From NCBI GenBank assembly GCA_963811165.1, contig CAWEQH010000008.1, forward strand, positions 96,001 through 160,000: 64,000 bases of DNA. Direction: 5' to 3'. Shown here one piece after another: positions 12,374 through 24,270 of the stretch. Origin of the DNA: an uncultured Nitrospiraceae bacterium (lineage in GTDB: Bacteria > Nitrospirota > Thermodesulfovibrionia > Thermodesulfovibrionales > UBA6898). Position 1 is the stretch's first letter; every line of letters begins with the position of its first letter. A program made the translations under genes and the position numbers. The notes beneath the pieces were generated by a model. It saw only the letters and a program-made list of their open reading frames with translations, did no database searches and was not told where the DNA came from.

Positions 12374-12706
12374 ATGGATGCAAAAGCGACATTAAAATAT
12401 GCAAGGATCACCCCGAGAAAGGCGCGGAGGATAGTCGACCTCATCAGGGGCAAAAAGGCCGGCGATGCTTTGCTGGCCCTCAGATTTATGCCGTATCGCG
12501 GAGCGAAACATATAGAAAAGATGCTCAAATCGGCCATGGCCAACGCAGAACAGAAGAATGCCAGTGCCGATTCGGAAGCGATGATAGTCAGCGGGGCCGT
12601 GGATCAGGGCTCCATCATGAAACGAGTGGAACAGAGATCGATGGGCAGGGCGAATGTCATAAAAAAGAAGTCCTGTCATATCACATTGAAAATAACAGAG
12701 AAATAA
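12374..12706 (+). CDS. rplV: 50S ribosomal protein L22
   Basis: [19 protein letters not shown]. Confidence 0.96.
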   Translation: MDAKATLKYARITPRKARRIVDLIRGKKAGDALLALRFMPYRGAKHIEKMLKSAMANAEQKNASADSEAMIVSGAVDQGSIMKRVEQRSMGRANVIKKKSCHITLKITEK

Positions 12707-12719
12707 TCAGGAGGAGATT

Positions 12720-13379
12720 TTGGGCCAGAAGACGCATCCCATAGGGATTAGATTAGGCATCACAAGAACGTGGGACTCCCGGTGGTATCTGAAGAAGGGA
12801 TACGCCGACCAATTACTCGAGGATTTAGCGATCAAGAAAGAGATCAAGACAAAGCTATTTCATGCGGGGGTTTCGAAGATTGAGATAGAGCGTGCTGGCC
12901 AGAAGATCAGGGTTATTATCCACACGGCGAGGCCGGGAATTATTATCGGGAAAAAGGGTTCGGAGGTCGAAAAACTCCGCAAGGACCTGGAACTGATGAG
13001 CGGCAAACAGGCGATGGTCGATATCAAGGAGATAAGGAAGCCTGAGGTGGACGCCCAGCTCGTTGCCGAAAATATCGCGCTTCAACTCGAAAAGAGGGTT
13101 GCCTTCAGAAGGGCCATGAAAAAAGCCGTCGCATCGGCGCTGCGGTTCGGTGCCCAGGGAATCAAGATTACATGCTCGGGAAGGCTTGCGGGAGCTGAAA
13201 TCGCCAGGACCGAGTGGTACAGAGAGGGGAGGGTGCCTCTCCATACGTTCAGGGCCGATATACATTACGGATTCGCCCAGGCGAAGACGACATACGGAAT
13301 AATAGGTGTGAAAGTCTGGGTCTATACGGGCGACGTATTGCCTGAAGTGAGACCCAGTACGGAAGCAGCGGCTATATAA
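12720..13379 (+). CDS. rpsC: 30S ribosomal protein S3
   Basis: [22 protein letters not shown]. Confidence 0.99.
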   Translation: MGQKTHPIGIRLGITRTWDSRWYLKKGYADQLLEDLAIKKEIKTKLFHAGVSKIEIERAGQKIRVIIHTARPGIIIGKKGSEVEKLRKDLELMSGKQAMVDIKEIRKPEVDAQLVAENIALQLEKRVAFRRAMKKAVASALRFGAQGIKITCSGRLAGAEIARTEWYREGRVPLHTFRADIHYGFAQAKTTYGIIGVKVWVYTGDVLPEVRPSTEAAAI

Positions 13380-13391
13380 GGGGACTTTGTT

Positions 13392-13811
13392 ATGTTGATG
13401 CCCAAGAAAGTTAAATTCAGAAAGATGCAGAAAGGCAACATGAACGGCAAGGCCTATGCCGGTTCGGACGTATCCTTCGGCGAGTTCGGTCTTAAGGCCA
13501 TGGAGCCGGGATGGGTAACGTCAAGACAGATCGAAGCTGCCAGGATTGCAATTACAGACACGTAAAAAGAGGTTGTAAGGTATGGATCAGGATATTCCCG
13601 GACAAGCCGATCACAAAAAAGCCGGCTGAAACGAGGATGGGAAAAGGAAAGGGCGCGCCTGAATACTGGGTTGCAGTTGTGAAACCGGGAAGGGTTCTTT
13701 ATGAGATATCCGGTGTAACCGAGTCCCTCGCAAAAGAGGCGCTGCGGCTTGCCTCCCATAAACTTCCTATCTCAACGAAGTTCGTGAGAACGGGAGGAGG
13801 CAGTGATATGA
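13392..13811 (+). CDS. rplP: 50S ribosomal protein L16 (indels near 13550 and 13790)
   Basis: [11 protein letters not shown] start; [22 protein letters not shown]. Confidence 0.93.
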
Positions 13812-14005
13812 AGGTCTCAGAACTGAAAGAGCTGGCAGTTGACGAGTTGCAAAGGAAAGAGCAGGATCTGAGAAGGGAGCTCTTTAATCTCAGGTTCCAG
13901 CAGGCCACCGGTGAAATCGAAAACCCTATGCGTATTAGAGCGATCCGGAAGAACATCGCCAGGGTGTTGACGCTGATAACCGAGAGGAACGAGACGAACA
14001 AGTGA
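13808..14005 (+). CDS. rpmC: 50S ribosomal protein L29
   Basis: [29 protein letters not shown]. Confidence 0.95.
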   Translation: MKVSELKELAVDELQRKEQDLRRELFNLRFQQATGEIENPMRIRAIRKNIARVLTLITERNETNK

Positions 14006-14042
14006 AATTGCTGGTTATAAAAATTGGGTTGGAAGGTTAAAG

Positions 14043-14303
14043 ATGACTGATAAAACTTATACCGGAAAAGTAGTGAGCAATAAGATGGACAAGACCGTCG
14101 TGGTGGCAATCACGAGACAGTTTCAGCACCCGGTTTACAAGAAGACCGTGAGGAAAGTGGCGAAATTTAAGGCCCACGATGAAAAGAACGAATGCCTGGT
14201 CGGCGATAACGTCAAGATCATTGAGACGAGGCCGATCAGCAAGGACAAGAGATGGCTTGTTCTTGAGATACTGAAGAAGCCGGCAAGGAGCAACGAAAAA
14301 TGA
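14043..14303 (+). CDS. rpsQ: 30S ribosomal protein S17
   Basis: [22 protein letters not shown]. Confidence 0.98.
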   Translation: MTDKTYTGKVVSNKMDKTVVVAITRQFQHPVYKKTVRKVAKFKAHDEKNECLVGDNVKIIETRPISKDKRWLVLEILKKPARSNEK

Positions 14304-14668
14304 TCCAGCTCAGGAGCATGCTCGAGGTAGCAGACAATTCCGGCGCTAAGAGAGTTCAGTGCGTGAAGGTCCTCGGTGGATCGAAGAGAAAGTATGCGGG
14401 GCTGGGCGACGTTGTTGTGGTAAGCGTGAAGGAGGCCCTTCCTGACAGCAGTATCAAGAAGGGTTCGGTGACAAAGGCGGTTGTGGTGCGCACCAAGAGA
14501 GAGGCGAGAAGACCGGATGGTTCCTATATACGTTTTGATCAGAACGCGGTAGTCCTGATCAATCCGCAGGGCGAGCCCGTGGGGACGAGAATATTCGGAC
14601 CGGTTGCCAGAGAGCTGAGGTGGAGGGAATACATGAAGATAATCTCTCTTGCCCCAGAGGTTCTGTAG
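14300..14668 (+). CDS. rplN: 50S ribosomal protein L14
   Basis: [27 protein letters not shown]. Confidence 0.99.
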   Translation: MIQLRSMLEVADNSGAKRVQCVKVLGGSKRKYAGLGDVVVVSVKEALPDSSIKKGSVTKAVVVRTKREARRPDGSYIRFDQNAVVLINPQGEPVGTRIFGPVARELRWREYMKIISLAPEVL

Positions 14669-14676
14669 GAGGATAT

Positions 14677-14994
14677 ATGGCTTTAGGAATAAGGAAAGAA
14701 GATACGGTTCACGTCACAACAGGCAAGTACAGAGGTAGAACTGGGCGTGTGCTTAAAGTCGACAAAGGAAAAGGCGCGATATTGATAGAGAAGATCAACA
14801 TCATCAAGAAACATATGAAACCGAATAAGACATACACACAAGGGGGCATCATCGAAAAAGAGGCCCCGATACAGCTGTCCAATGTCATGCTTGTCTGTCC
14901 GAAATGCGGCAAACCGACCCGCGTAGGCGCATCGGTATTCGAAGGCAGCAACAAACACAGGATGTGCAAAAAATGCAAGGAGGTCATTGACTGA
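14677..14994 (+). CDS. rplX: 50S ribosomal protein L24
   Basis: [23 protein letters not shown]. Confidence 0.96.
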   Translation: MALGIRKEDTVHVTTGKYRGRTGRVLKVDKGKGAILIEKINIIKKHMKPNKTYTQGGIIEKEAPIQLSNVMLVCPKCGKPTRVGASVFEGSNKHRMCKKCKEVID

Positions 14995-14996
14995 TA

Positions 14997-15539
14997 ATGA
15001 CTCCAAGGCTGAAGGAAAAATACAAGAAGGACATCATCCCGGCGATGATGAAGGAGTTTTCTTATAAGAACATCATGCAGGCACCGAAGGTGCTGAAAGT
15101 GGTTCTGAACGTCGGGCTGGGCGAGGCGATATCGAACATCAAACTCCTCGATGCCGCGCAGAAGGAGCTTGCGATGATCACGGGGCAGAAGGCGGTCGTA
15201 ACAAAGGCCAAGAAATCGATAGCGACATTCAAATTGAGACAGGGAATGCCGATAGGCTGCAAGGTCACGCTGAGGGGAAACACCATGTACGAATTTCTCG
15301 ATAGGCTGATCAGTACCGCACTCCCGAGGATCAGGGACTTCAGAGGGGTTTCCGGAAAGTCCTTTGACGGCAGGGGCAATTATGCCCTTGGGTTAAAGGA
15401 GCAGTTCATTTTCCCGGAAGTAGATTACGATAAGGTCGAGATGGTTCACGGGATGGACGTCATCATCTGTACGTCCGCGAAGACAGATAAAGAGAGCAAG
15501 GCGCTTTTGCGGCATCTAGGCGTTCCGTTTAGAAACTAG
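14997..15539 (+). CDS. rplE: 50S ribosomal protein L5
   Basis: [16 protein letters not shown]. Confidence 0.99.
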   Translation: MTPRLKEKYKKDIIPAMMKEFSYKNIMQAPKVLKVVLNVGLGEAISNIKLLDAAQKELAMITGQKAVVTKAKKSIATFKLRQGMPIGCKVTLRGNTMYEFLDRLISTALPRIRDFRGVSGKSFDGRGNYALGLKEQFIFPEVDYDKVEMVHGMDVIICTSAKTDKESKALLRHLGVPFRN

Positions 15540-15555
15540 AGAGAGGTATTATTCA

Positions 15556-15741
15556 ATGGCGAAAACATGCATGATAGAAAAATCGAAGCGGCCGCCGAAG
15601 TTCCAGGTGAGGGCATATAACCGGTGCAAGGTCTGCGGCCGGCCGAGAGCCTACCTGAGACAGTTTGGCATGTGCCGTATCTGTTTTAGAACGCATGCGC
15701 TCCGGGGGGAGATACCCGGGGTGACGAAATCAAGCTGGTAG
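15556..15741 (+). CDS. rpsN: 30S ribosomal protein S14, Zn-binding type Z
   Basis: CKVCGRPR...CRIC, 61 aa. Confidence 0.97.
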   Translation: MAKTCMIEKSKRPPKFQVRAYNRCKVCGRPRAYLRQFGMCRICFRTHALRGEIPGVTKSSW

Positions 15742-15751
15742 GGGTGAACTG

Positions 15752-16147
15752 ATGATGACAGATCCGATTGCAGATATGCTTACAAGGGTAAGAAATGCCG
15801 TCATGATAAAGTCCGAGAAGGTCGATGTTCCTGCATCGAGGATGAAGCTCGAGATAGCAAAGATCATGAAGGAAGAAGGATTCATACGGGCTTACAAAAT
15901 ACTGAAGGACAAAAAGCAGGGCATACTGCGAATCACCCTTAAGTATAATGTCGACGATGCGGCAGTTATTTCGGGTATTAAGAGGATCAGCAAACCAGGC
16001 AGAAGGGTCTATGCCGATAAAGATTCAATACCCACCGTGATGGGCGGTGTCGGCATCTCAGTGCTCACTACGTCAAGGGGAGTGCTCGGGGACAAGGCAT
16101 GCCGCCGGGAAAAGGTCGGCGGAGAAGTTCTCTGCCATATCTGGTAA
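15752..16147 (+). CDS. rpsH: 30S ribosomal protein S8
   Basis: DPIADMLTRVRN, SKPGRRVY. Confidence 0.98.
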   Translation: MMTDPIADMLTRVRNAVMIKSEKVDVPASRMKLEIAKIMKEEGFIRAYKILKDKKQGILRITLKYNVDDAAVISGIKRISKPGRRVYADKDSIPTVMGGVGISVLTTSRGVLGDKACRREKVGGEVLCHIW

Positions 16148-16159
16148 AGGAGAATCGAG

Positions 16160-16703
16160 ATGTCGAGAATCGGTAAGAAACCAGTGGAGATCCCTTCCGG
16201 GGTCGATGTAAAACTGCTGGATAGTACGATAAAGATAAAAGGACCCAAGGGCGAACTTCAGTGGAGTTTCCCGGAGGGCACTACAGTTTCGGTCAAAGGT
16301 AAGGATATCGTAGTTGAGCGTGCCGACGACCAGAAAAAGAACAGGGCCCTTCACGGACTCACGAGGAGTTTGATATCGAACATGGTCTTGGGGGTAGCCA
16401 CAGGGATATCAAAGGGTCCTCGATATTACGGGTGTCGGCTATAGGGCCCAAGTCCAAGGGAGAAAGATCATCCTTACGCTCGGATATTCCCATGCCGTAG
16501 AGTATAATCTGCCCGAAGGGATAAGCGCCGCAATGGACCAGAAGCAGACGCAGATTACCCTTACCGGCGTGGATAAACAGAAGATCGGCCAGGTCGCAGC
16601 GAACCTGAGGGCCTTGAGAAGTCCTGATGCGTACAAGGGCAAAGGAGTCAGATATGGCGGCGAAAGGTTGAAGCTGAAGGTAGGCAAGACAGGCAAGAAA
16701 TAG
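16160..16703 (+). CDS. rplF: 50S ribosomal protein L6 (indel near 16405)
   Basis: [19 protein letters not shown] in second frame. Confidence 0.94.
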
Positions 16704-16754
16704 TGCCGGCGATATGTTGGTCGCCGCAGATATAAACGGTCGTAGGAGGCTATT

Positions 16755-17117
16755 TTGGCTAAGAGTAAAGAAGAAGGCAGGCAAAGACGCCATGAACGGG
16801 CCAGGAAAAAAGTGGTCGGTACAGACGAGAGATTGCGCCTGTCCGTGTACCGCAGTTTAAACCATATATATGCCCAGATTATCAATGATGCGGAAGGAAA
16901 GACGTTGGTTTCGGCTTCGAGCCTCGACACTTCCCTAAAAGAGTTGAAGCAGCACAAGGGCAACTGCAAGACCGCAAAAGAAGTAGGTGCGCTGGTGGCC
17001 AAGAAGGCGATCGAAAAAGGCATAAAGAAAGTCGTTTTCGATAAAAGCGGGTATCTCTACCATGGCAGGATAAAGGCGCTGGCGGACGCGGCGAGAGAAG
17101 CCGGATTGGAATTTTAA
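16755..17117 (+). CDS. rplR: 50S ribosomal protein L18
   Basis: [26 protein letters not shown]. Confidence 0.98.
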   Translation: MAKSKEEGRQRRHERARKKVVGTDERLRLSVYRSLNHIYAQIINDAEGKTLVSASSLDTSLKELKQHKGNCKTAKEVGALVAKKAIEKGIKKVVFDKSGYLYHGRIKALADAAREAGLEF

Positions 17118-17146
17118 CATGACTGAGAATTGTTCAAGGAGGCAAG

Positions 17147-17656
17147 GTGGCAAGGATTGACCCGGAAGGTTTGAACTTAAAGGACAAGGTCGTATATATA
17201 AATAGGGTTGCCAAGGTTGTGAAGGGCGGCAGACGGTTTTCCTTCAGCGCCCTTGTTGTGGTAGGCGACGGGGAAGGAACCGTCGGCACCGGAAAGGGCA
17301 AGGCCTCCGAGGTACCTGAAGCGATACGAAAGGCTGTGGAACAGGCAAAAAAATCCCTCCTGAAATTTCCGCTGAAAGACGGGACGATACCCCACAGGAT
17401 TGTCGGCCAATTCGGATCCGGGTCGGTTGTGATGAATCCTGCCAAGAAAGGGACAGGGCTTATCGCCGGTGGAGCGGTGAGGGCTGTACTCGAAGTGGCA
17501 GGCATTCAGGACATCGTCGCGAAATCCCTCGGCAACCATAACCCTTTCAACACGGTCCAGGCGACTATCAATGGCCTTGTGAACCTGAAGGACCCGGACT
17601 CGGTCATAAAGCTCAGGGGCAGGGGTGAGGAAGAGGTACAGGAGGTCGCTGGTTAG
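17147..17656 (+). CDS. rpsE: 30S ribosomal protein S5
   Basis: [14 protein letters not shown]. Confidence 0.99.
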   Translation: MARIDPEGLNLKDKVVYINRVAKVVKGGRRFSFSALVVVGDGEGTVGTGKGKASEVPEAIRKAVEQAKKSLLKFPLKDGTIPHRIVGQFGSGSVVMNPAKKGTGLIAGGAVRAVLEVAGIQDIVAKSLGNHNPFNTVQATINGLVNLKDPDSVIKLRGRGEEEVQEVAG

Positions 17657-17658
17657 AA

Positions 17659-17841
17659 ATGCTGAAGATCACTTTGAAGAGGGGCTATGTCGGCATACCG
17701 GACAAACAGAAAAGGGTTCTGCAGTCGTTTGGTCTGAAAAAAATAGGAAGTACTGTTATGAAAAATGACGACAAAGCTATGAAGGGAATGATACGCAAGG
17801 TTTCCCACCTTATAGAAGTCGAAAAGGTAGACAACAAATAG
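17659..17841 (+). CDS. rpmD: 50S ribosomal protein L30
   Basis: LKITL, GMIRKVSHL, operon position. Confidence 0.93.
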   Translation: MLKITLKRGYVGIPDKQKRVLQSFGLKKIGSTVMKNDDKAMKGMIRKVSHLIEVEKVDNK

Positions 17842-17862
17842 TCTGGAGGATTGACTGTTACC

Positions 17863-18304
17863 ATGAGGATAGAAGATATAAGGCCTGCTGAAGGCAGCCG
17901 GAAGCGAAATAAGAGAGTCGGAAGGGGCGTAGGTTCAGGCCACGGAAAGACGTCCTGCAAAGGGCACAAAGGGCAGAAGGCCAGGTCCGGGGGCACAACC
18001 GGCCTCGGGTTTGAGGGCGGCCAGATGCCGCTGCAAAGAAGGCTCCCCAAAATAGGGTTCAAAAACAGGTCGAAAATCGAATACGCCGTGATTAATCTCG
18101 ATAGGATAAACGACCTTAAGGGAATGGACTGTGATTACGCCTGAAATGCTAATGGAAAAGAGAATTATAAGGGACATTAAGGACGGCCTTAAGATACTTG
18201 GCGACGGCAAGATCGAAAGGCCCGTTACCGTAAAGGCCACTGCATTTAGCGCTTCGGCAAGCGAGAAGATTGCGGCTGCGGGCGGCAAGGCAGAGGTAAT
18301 ATAA
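17863..18304 (+). CDS. rplO: 50S ribosomal protein L15 (indel near 18130)
   Basis: [28 protein letters not shown] and KIAAAGG in second frame. Confidence 0.94.
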
Positions 18305-18305
18305 G

Positions 18306-19615
18306 TTGGGGCTCCTTGCAAACTTCCAAAACATATTTAAAATCACGGAGCTGAAGAACAGGATATTTTTCACGTCTTGCCCTTTTGACGGTCTATAGGG
18401 TCGGCTGCCATGTCCCTACCCCCGGCATAAACGGCGAGGAGCTGAGTAAGTTTCTGACCCAACAGGCGAGGCTCTTTTATGGGGTTTTTCGACATGTTCT
18501 CAGGAGGGGCCCTGTCAAGGGTCACGATCTTCGCGCTCGGCATCATGCCATACATCAGCGCCTCGATCATTATGCAGTTGCTTACCGTGGTTATCCCTTC
18601 AATCGGGAAGCTTGCGAAAGAGGGCGAGGCAGGCAGAAAGAAGATCACGAGATATACGAGATACGGCACGGTCGTCATCAGTGCAATACAATCTTTCGGG
18701 ATCGCGGCCGGACTGGAGAGTATGTCTCAGGGCGCTTTCGTACAAAACCCGGGCTGGTCGTTCAGGCTGGTCACCATGATAACACTTACCTCGGGGACGG
18801 CCTTTATTATGTGGCTCGGCGAGCAGATCACCGAGCGCGGCATAGGTAACGGCATATCCCTGATCATATTTGCGGGTATCGTCGCGAGGTTCCCCAATGC
18901 AATAATCAGCACCGTAAGGCTGGTGCAGGCCGGTGAACTTTCGATCTTTTTAGTACTTTTTTTGATAGTGATGATGGTCGGCGTCGTGGCTGGTATCATT
19001 ATGATGGAGAGAGGACAAAGGAAGATACCGGTGCAGTATGCAAAGAGAGTAGTTGGAAGAAAGGTGTACGGGGGACAGTCTACTCATCTGCCGCTGAAGA
19101 TCAACACTGCCGGTGTTATCCCTCCGATCTTTGCGTCGTCTATCATCATGTTTCCCGCAACAGTGGCCGGCTTTATATCGATCCCATGGGTCCAGTCGAT
19201 TGCGAAACAGCTGTCACCGGGGACGATAGTCCATACGCTACTGTACGTAAGCATGATCTTTTTCTTCGCCTATTTTTATACGGCCATCGTCTTTAACCCC
19301 GTCGACATTGCCGACAATCTGAAGAAATATGGCGGATATGTGCCGGGCATAAGGCCGGGACAGAAGACATCAGAATACCTTTACCGCGTGCTCACGAGGC
19401 TGACATTTGTGGGCGCGATATATCTTGCGATTATCTGCGTTATCCCTGAGATCCTGATTACGAGGTTCAGGGTGCCTTTTTATTTCGGAGGTACCTCTCT
19501 GCTTATCGCAGTGGGTGTTGCCCTGGATACGGTTTCTCAGATAGAATCGCATCTGGTGACCCGTTCCTATGAGGGTTTTCTCAAGAAGGGCAGACTCAAG
19601 GGCAGAAAGGGATGA
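18306..19615 (+). CDS. secY: preprotein translocase SecY (indels near 18375 and 18475)
   Basis: FALGIMPYISASII, WLGEQITERGIGNG, FGGTSLLI. Confidence 0.96.
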
Positions 19616-19735
19616 AGCGTGCGGGGGCCCTCAGGGTCGATACCCGCATTCTGCAACAGACCGATGCCGCGGTCGGCTCCAAGCGTTAAAGCGTGATGGG
19701 AATTACTTCATATAAATTGTTATTTGAGAATTGAT

Positions 19736-20485
19736 GTGATCTTCCTGAAATCTCCCGGGGAGATCGAGAAAATGGCCCGGTCGGGCCGAATTGTGGCGAA
19801 AGTCCTCGATGAATTGAAAGAGGTGGCGGCGATCGGTGTTACGACCAAGGAGATTGAGGATTTCGCGGATGAGCGGATAAAGGCACTCGGGGGCGTCCCG
19901 GCTTTTAAGGGATATAGGGGTTATCCGGCGAGTGTCTGCACTTCTGTTAATGAACAGGTCGTGCATGGAATTCCTTCGCAGCGAGTGCTTAAGGACGGAG
20001 ACATCGTCAGTATAGACATCGGTGTCTACCTGGACGGCTTCTACGGTGACGGTGCGATAACCGTTCCCATCGGTACGATAGACAGGGAAGCGGCCGAACT
20101 CATAAGAGTGACCGAAGAGGCTCTGTATTTGGGAATACGGAATGCGGTTGAGGGCAATCGTCTCTATGATATTTCCAGCGCGATCCAGAGATACGTGGAG
20201 GAAAACGGTTTTTCCGTAGTCAGACTGTTTGTCGGCCACGGAATAGGAAGGGAACTTCACGAAGAGCCTCAGGTGCCCAATTACGGGGTGCCTGGTCAAG
20301 GTCCGAGACTGAAAAGGGGAATGACGCTGGCGATAGAGCCAATGGTCAATGCCGGAGGTCATGAGGTGATCATACTGGACGACGGCTGGACTGCGGTGAC
20401 AAAGGATGGGAAAAAGTCGGCCCACTTTGAGCATACGGTGCTGGTGACCTCGGATAAGCCGAGAATATTGACTAAATACGGTTAA
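19736..20485 (+). CDS. map: type I methionine aminopeptidase
   Basis: [28 protein letters not shown]; start uncertain (19724 or 19736). Confidence 0.96.
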   Translation: MIFLKSPGEIEKMARSGRIVAKVLDELKEVAAIGVTTKEIEDFADERIKALGGVPAFKGYRGYPASVCTSVNEQVVHGIPSQRVLKDGDIVSIDIGVYLDGFYGDGAITVPIGTIDREAAELIRVTEEALYLGIRNAVEGNRLYDISSAIQRYVEENGFSVVRLFVGHGIGRELHEEPQVPNYGVPGQGPRLKRGMTLAIEPMVNAGGHEVIILDDGWTAVTKDGKKSAHFEHTVLVTSDKPRILTKYG

Positions 20486-20505
20486 GAAAGTTATACTTCT
20501 CACTT

Positions 20506-20724
20506 ATGGCAAAAGAAGAAAATATTGAAGTTCAGGGCACGATCCTTGAGACCTTGCCAAACGCAATGTTTAGGGTTGAGCTTGAAAACGGCCAGGTTAT
20601 CCTTGCGTACGTTTCCGGCAAGATGCGAATGCACTTTATAAAGATCCTCCCCGGGGACAAGGTGACGATCGAATTGTCGCCCTATGACCTTACAAAGGGA
20701 AGAATTACTTATAGATTCAAATAG
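20506..20724 (+). CDS. infA: translation initiation factor IF-1
   Basis: [20 protein letters not shown]. Confidence 0.99.
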   Translation: MAKEENIEVQGTILETLPNAMFRVELENGQVILAYVSGKMRMHFIKILPGDKVTIELSPYDLTKGRITYRFK

Positions 20725-20756
20725 TTGCGCAATTACGCTATAGTGAAGGAGTTATC

Positions 20757-20870
20757 ATGAAGGTTCGTTCATCGGTAAAACCGATATGTGCAAAGTGTAA
20801 GATCATAAAGAGAAAAGGTGTTATCCGCGTTATCTGCGATAACCCCAAGCATAAACAGAGACAGGGATAA
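20757..20870 (+). CDS. rpmJ: 50S ribosomal protein L36 (not in ORF track)
   Basis: hand translation [37 protein letters not shown]. Confidence 0.98.
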   Translation: MKVRSSVKPICAKCKIIKRKGVIRVICDNPKHKQRQG

Positions 20871-20955
20871 AACGGTGATACGTGACGGTAAACGGTGTCG
20901 CCCTGAAGGCGTTAACGGCACTGGTGCTAAACACTGACACTGAAAAGGAGAGCAT

Positions 20956-21332
20956 ATGGCGAGAATCGCTGGAGTTGATCTACCCAAAAATGAACGCATC
21001 GAAATAGCGCTTACGCGCATCTTCGGGATCGGGAGGCCGCTTTCCCGGAAGGTCCTCGGTGAGGCCCGGGTAAGTCCGGACATAAGGGTGAAAGATCTTA
21101 AGGATGACGACGCGGTAAAGATCAGGGCCATTATCGAAAGAGACTTTAGGGTCGAGGGTGATCTCAGGCGTGACATATCGATGAATATCAAGAGGCTTAC
21201 CGATATCGGCTGCTACAGAGGGACAAGACACAGGACTGGGGTTGCCGTTACGGGGGCAGAGGACGAAGACGAACGCCAGAACGACGAAAAGGCCCGAGAA
21301 AAGCGGTCGTCGGCAAGAAGAAGGAGGCGTAG
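20956..21332 (+). CDS. rpsM: 30S ribosomal protein S13 (indels near 21235 and 21280)
   Basis: [23 protein letters not shown] in shifted frame. Confidence 0.94.
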
Positions 21333-21335
21333 GGA

Positions 21336-21722
21336 ATGGCTCAGAGAAAAAAAGGAGTCAAGAAGGACAAACGGAATATCACGAGCGGCGCGGCCTATAT
21401 TCAGGCAACCTTTAACAATACGATCGTGACGATAACAGACCCGGCCGGCGGCGTGGTCACCTGGTCAAGTGCAGGGAACCTGGGATTCAAGGGTTCGCGT
21501 AAGGGAACGCCCTATGCGGCCCAGATTGCGGCCGAGTCAGCTGCAAAAAAGGCAATAGACGTCGGGATGAAACAGGTCGATGTATATGTTAAAGGACCGG
21601 GAGCGGGGAGGGAATCGGCGATTAGGGCGCTTCAGGCAGCCGGCCTCGACATCAATCTGATCAAAGACGTGACCCCGGTACCGCATAACGGGTGCAGACC
21701 GCCTAAGAGGAGGAGGGTGTAA
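21336..21722 (+). CDS. rpsK: 30S ribosomal protein S11
   Basis: [18 protein letters not shown]. Confidence 0.99.
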   Translation: MAQRKKGVKKDKRNITSGAAYIQATFNNTIVTITDPAGGVVTWSSAGNLGFKGSRKGTPYAAQIAAESAAKKAIDVGMKQVDVYVKGPGAGRESAIRALQAAGLDINLIKDVTPVPHNGCRPPKRRRV

Positions 21723-21723
21723 A

Positions 21724-22351
21724 TTGGCTAGATATACTGGACCTCAGTGCAGGCTTTGCCGCAGGGAAACGGAGAAACTTTTTCTCAAGGGCGACAGATG
21801 TTTTACCGAAAAGTGCGCGGTAGAAAGGAGGCAATATCCCCCCGGACAGCACGGTCAGAGAAGGGGAAAGTTGTCTGACTACGGCGTTCAGCTCAGAGAA
21901 AAGCAGAAGGTGAGGAATACCTACGGCGTTCTCGAAAAACAATTCAGAAAGTATTTTCATAGAGGCTGAGACGAAAAAGGGCGTTACGGGCGAGGTGCTT
22001 CTGCAGTTTCTTGAGACGCGCATGGACAACGTCGTTTATCGTATGGGGTTCGCCCCTAACAGAAACGGCGCCAGGCAGCTCGTAAGACACGGCCATTTTC
22101 TGGTCAACGGCAAATATGTCGATGTGCCGTCCTTCAGTGTCCGTATTGGAGATGTGGTCGAGGTGAAGACGTCGAGCCGTGATCTTGATGCGATAAAGGA
22201 CAGCATAACCAGGGTAGAACAGAGGGGAATCCCTTCCTGGGTAGAGATGGATTTCCAGAACTTTAAAGGAAAAGTTCTCCAGATACCATCAAGAGAAGAT
22301 ATCCAGTTGACGGCCCAGGAACAGCTGATAGTCGAGCTTTACTCCAAGTAA
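21724..22351 (+). CDS. rpsD: 30S ribosomal protein S4 (indel near 21960)
   Basis: [31 protein letters not shown]. Confidence 0.96.
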
Positions 22352-22436
22352 GGTGGAGCGGTCGCGTGATGGGGATTTTCTTAGTTAAGATTACATTAAA
22401 GAATAAAATATAAATTCGACGCAGATGGGAGGCCTT

Positions 22437-23476
22437 ATGAATCTGAAGAAAAAAGGCTTTCAACTACCTGACAAAATCAGGTTTGATGAAGAGACGCTGA
22501 GCAGTACTTATGGAAAGCTTGTCGTGGAGCCGTTGGAGCGCGGCTTCGGTACCACTATGGGAAATTCACTCAGGAGAGTGCTGCTCTCATCGCTTGAAGG
22601 CGCCGCGATCACAGCCGTAAAGATCGCGGGTGCGCTTCATGAGTTTTCGTACGATTAACGGGGTTAAGGAAGATGTCATAAACATAATCCTGAATCTTAA
22701 GAAGCTGAGGATTAAATTTCACGGAGAAGGCAACAAGATCGGGACCTTTAATGTGAAAGGGCCGGGACATGTAACCGGCGCGGACCTTCAGGTTGATTCG
22801 ACGATCGAGGTCCTGAATCCCGAAACACCGATTGCGACACTCGATAAGGGCGGCCAATTTCGACGCCGAGGTCTATATCAGGAAAGGCAAGGGATATATC
22901 TCCTCTGAACTGAACAAGGAAGACCTGCCTGTCGGGATGATCGCCGTCGACGCGGCCTTCACCCCTCTTAGAAAGGTGAATTTCTGGGTCGAAAAGACGA
23001 GGGTCGGCAGGGAGACGGACTATGACAGGCTGATCATGGAGATCTGGACGGATGGGAGCATCTCTCCCGAGAAGGCGGTATCTCAGGCGGCCTCGATAGT
23101 CATCGAGCATATGGACCTGTTTATATTCGAGGAGGAAGACGAAGACATGCCGGTGTCCGATGAAGTCGGGGTCGGCCATTCCGACAGTGTCGGGTTCTCT
23201 TCGTCAAACGATAACCTCCTAAAGAACGTGGACGAACTCGAACTTTCTGTCAGGTCCTTCAACTGCCTGAAAAACGCCAATATAAAGACGATCATTGAGC
23301 TTGTTCAGAAGACCGAGCCCGAGATGCTTAAAACCAAGAATTTCGGCAGAAAGTCACTGAACGAGATAAAGGAGATACTCGGCAGGATGGGGCTCCACCT
23401 CGGCATGAAGATAGACGTGGACAACCTCGACAAAGAAGCCATGCAAAGCGGAGGTATCAAGCAAAATGCGTCATAA
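22437..23476 (+). CDS. rpoA: RNA polymerase alpha subunit (indels near 22650 and 22850)
   Basis: [39 protein letters not shown]. Confidence 0.96.
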
Positions 23477-23963
23477 AGTAGATGGAAGATTATTCGGCAG
23501 GCCGGCCAATCAGAGGAAGGCGCTTTTGCGGGGTATCGTTACCGCCCTGTTCGAACAGCAGAGGATAGAGACGACCGTGGCGAAGGCGAAGGAGGCCAAG
23601 AGGATTGCGGAGAGGATGATCACCTTCGGGATAAAGGGAGACCTCCATTCGAAGCGCCAGGTGCTTGCATATGTCACCTGCAGGGATATAGCCTCAAAAC
23701 TCTTCAGTGAGATTGCCCCTCGTTTTCAGGGCAGAAATGGCGGCTACCTGAGGATAGTGCATACCAGGCAGCGGTTAAAAGACTCCGCGCCGATGGCGAT
23801 ACTCGAGTTTATCGATTATGAGAACATAAAGCAGGCCAAAGGGAAAGCGAAGAAAGAAGAGAAGCCCGAAAAGGCCGAAAAGAAGACCGAGAAGAAGACT
23901 GAGAAAAAACCCGAAAAAGCCCAAAAGAAGGCTGAGAAAAAGGCTGAGAAGGCATCGGCATAA
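23466..23963 (+). CDS. rplQ: 50S ribosomal protein L17 with K/E/A-rich tail
   Basis: [21 protein letters not shown]. Confidence 0.97.
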   Translation: MRHKVDGRLFGRPANQRKALLRGIVTALFEQQRIETTVAKAKEAKRIAERMITFGIKGDLHSKRQVLAYVTCRDIASKLFSEIAPRFQGRNGGYLRIVHTRQRLKDSAPMAILEFIDYENIKQAKGKAKKEEKPEKAEKKTEKKTEKKPEKAQKKAEKKAEKASA

Positions 23964-24103
23964 TGAGCGATTTTCTGATATTACTCGCCGTTGTCGCAGC
24001 GTGGATAATACTGCAGACGGTAGTGCTGCCAAGGATCGGCGTGCCGACCTGAGCAGTGCCTACGGTCCCGGGTAAGACCGACAAAAAATGTAAACGCCAT
24101 TAG
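23963..24103 (+). CDS. candidate 46-aa single-TM selenoprotein (UGA at 24050-24052); 29 aa if UGA is a stop
   Basis: TAATG overlap with rplQ stop; [51 protein letters not shown]-like hairpin after the UGA. Confidence 0.65.
24050..24082 (+). promoter_or_regulatory. putative bacterial SECIS element
   Basis: TGA + 10 nt + CGGTC-CCGGGTAA-GACCG; CGGT at positions 14-17 and GGT at 22-24 as in E. coli fdhF SECIS. Confidence 0.6.
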
Positions 24104-24130
24104 AGGTTCATCTTAGGCGGTGTAATAATC

Positions 24131-24157
24131 AAAGGGCTCTGTGAGGAGCCTTTTTTT
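24131..24157 (+). terminator. intrinsic terminator of ribosomal superoperon
   Basis: AAAGGGCTC-TGTGAG-GAGCC followed by T7. Confidence 0.8.
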
Positions 24158-24270
24158 GTTTTAATTTTTTATCCCGAACTTCTGTTGAATTACACCCCCT
24201 GTAACATGTTTCTTCCCGTTCATATCATTCACTTCTTTTTTTCTTGCAAGGGTTCGTCACTTTCCTTACT

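Noticed and set aside
13511..14005. Apparent L16-L29 fusion ORF
   Set aside because: Removing one base near 13790 restores an L16 stop overlapping the L29 ATG, which has its own RBS; consistent with the local indel errors.
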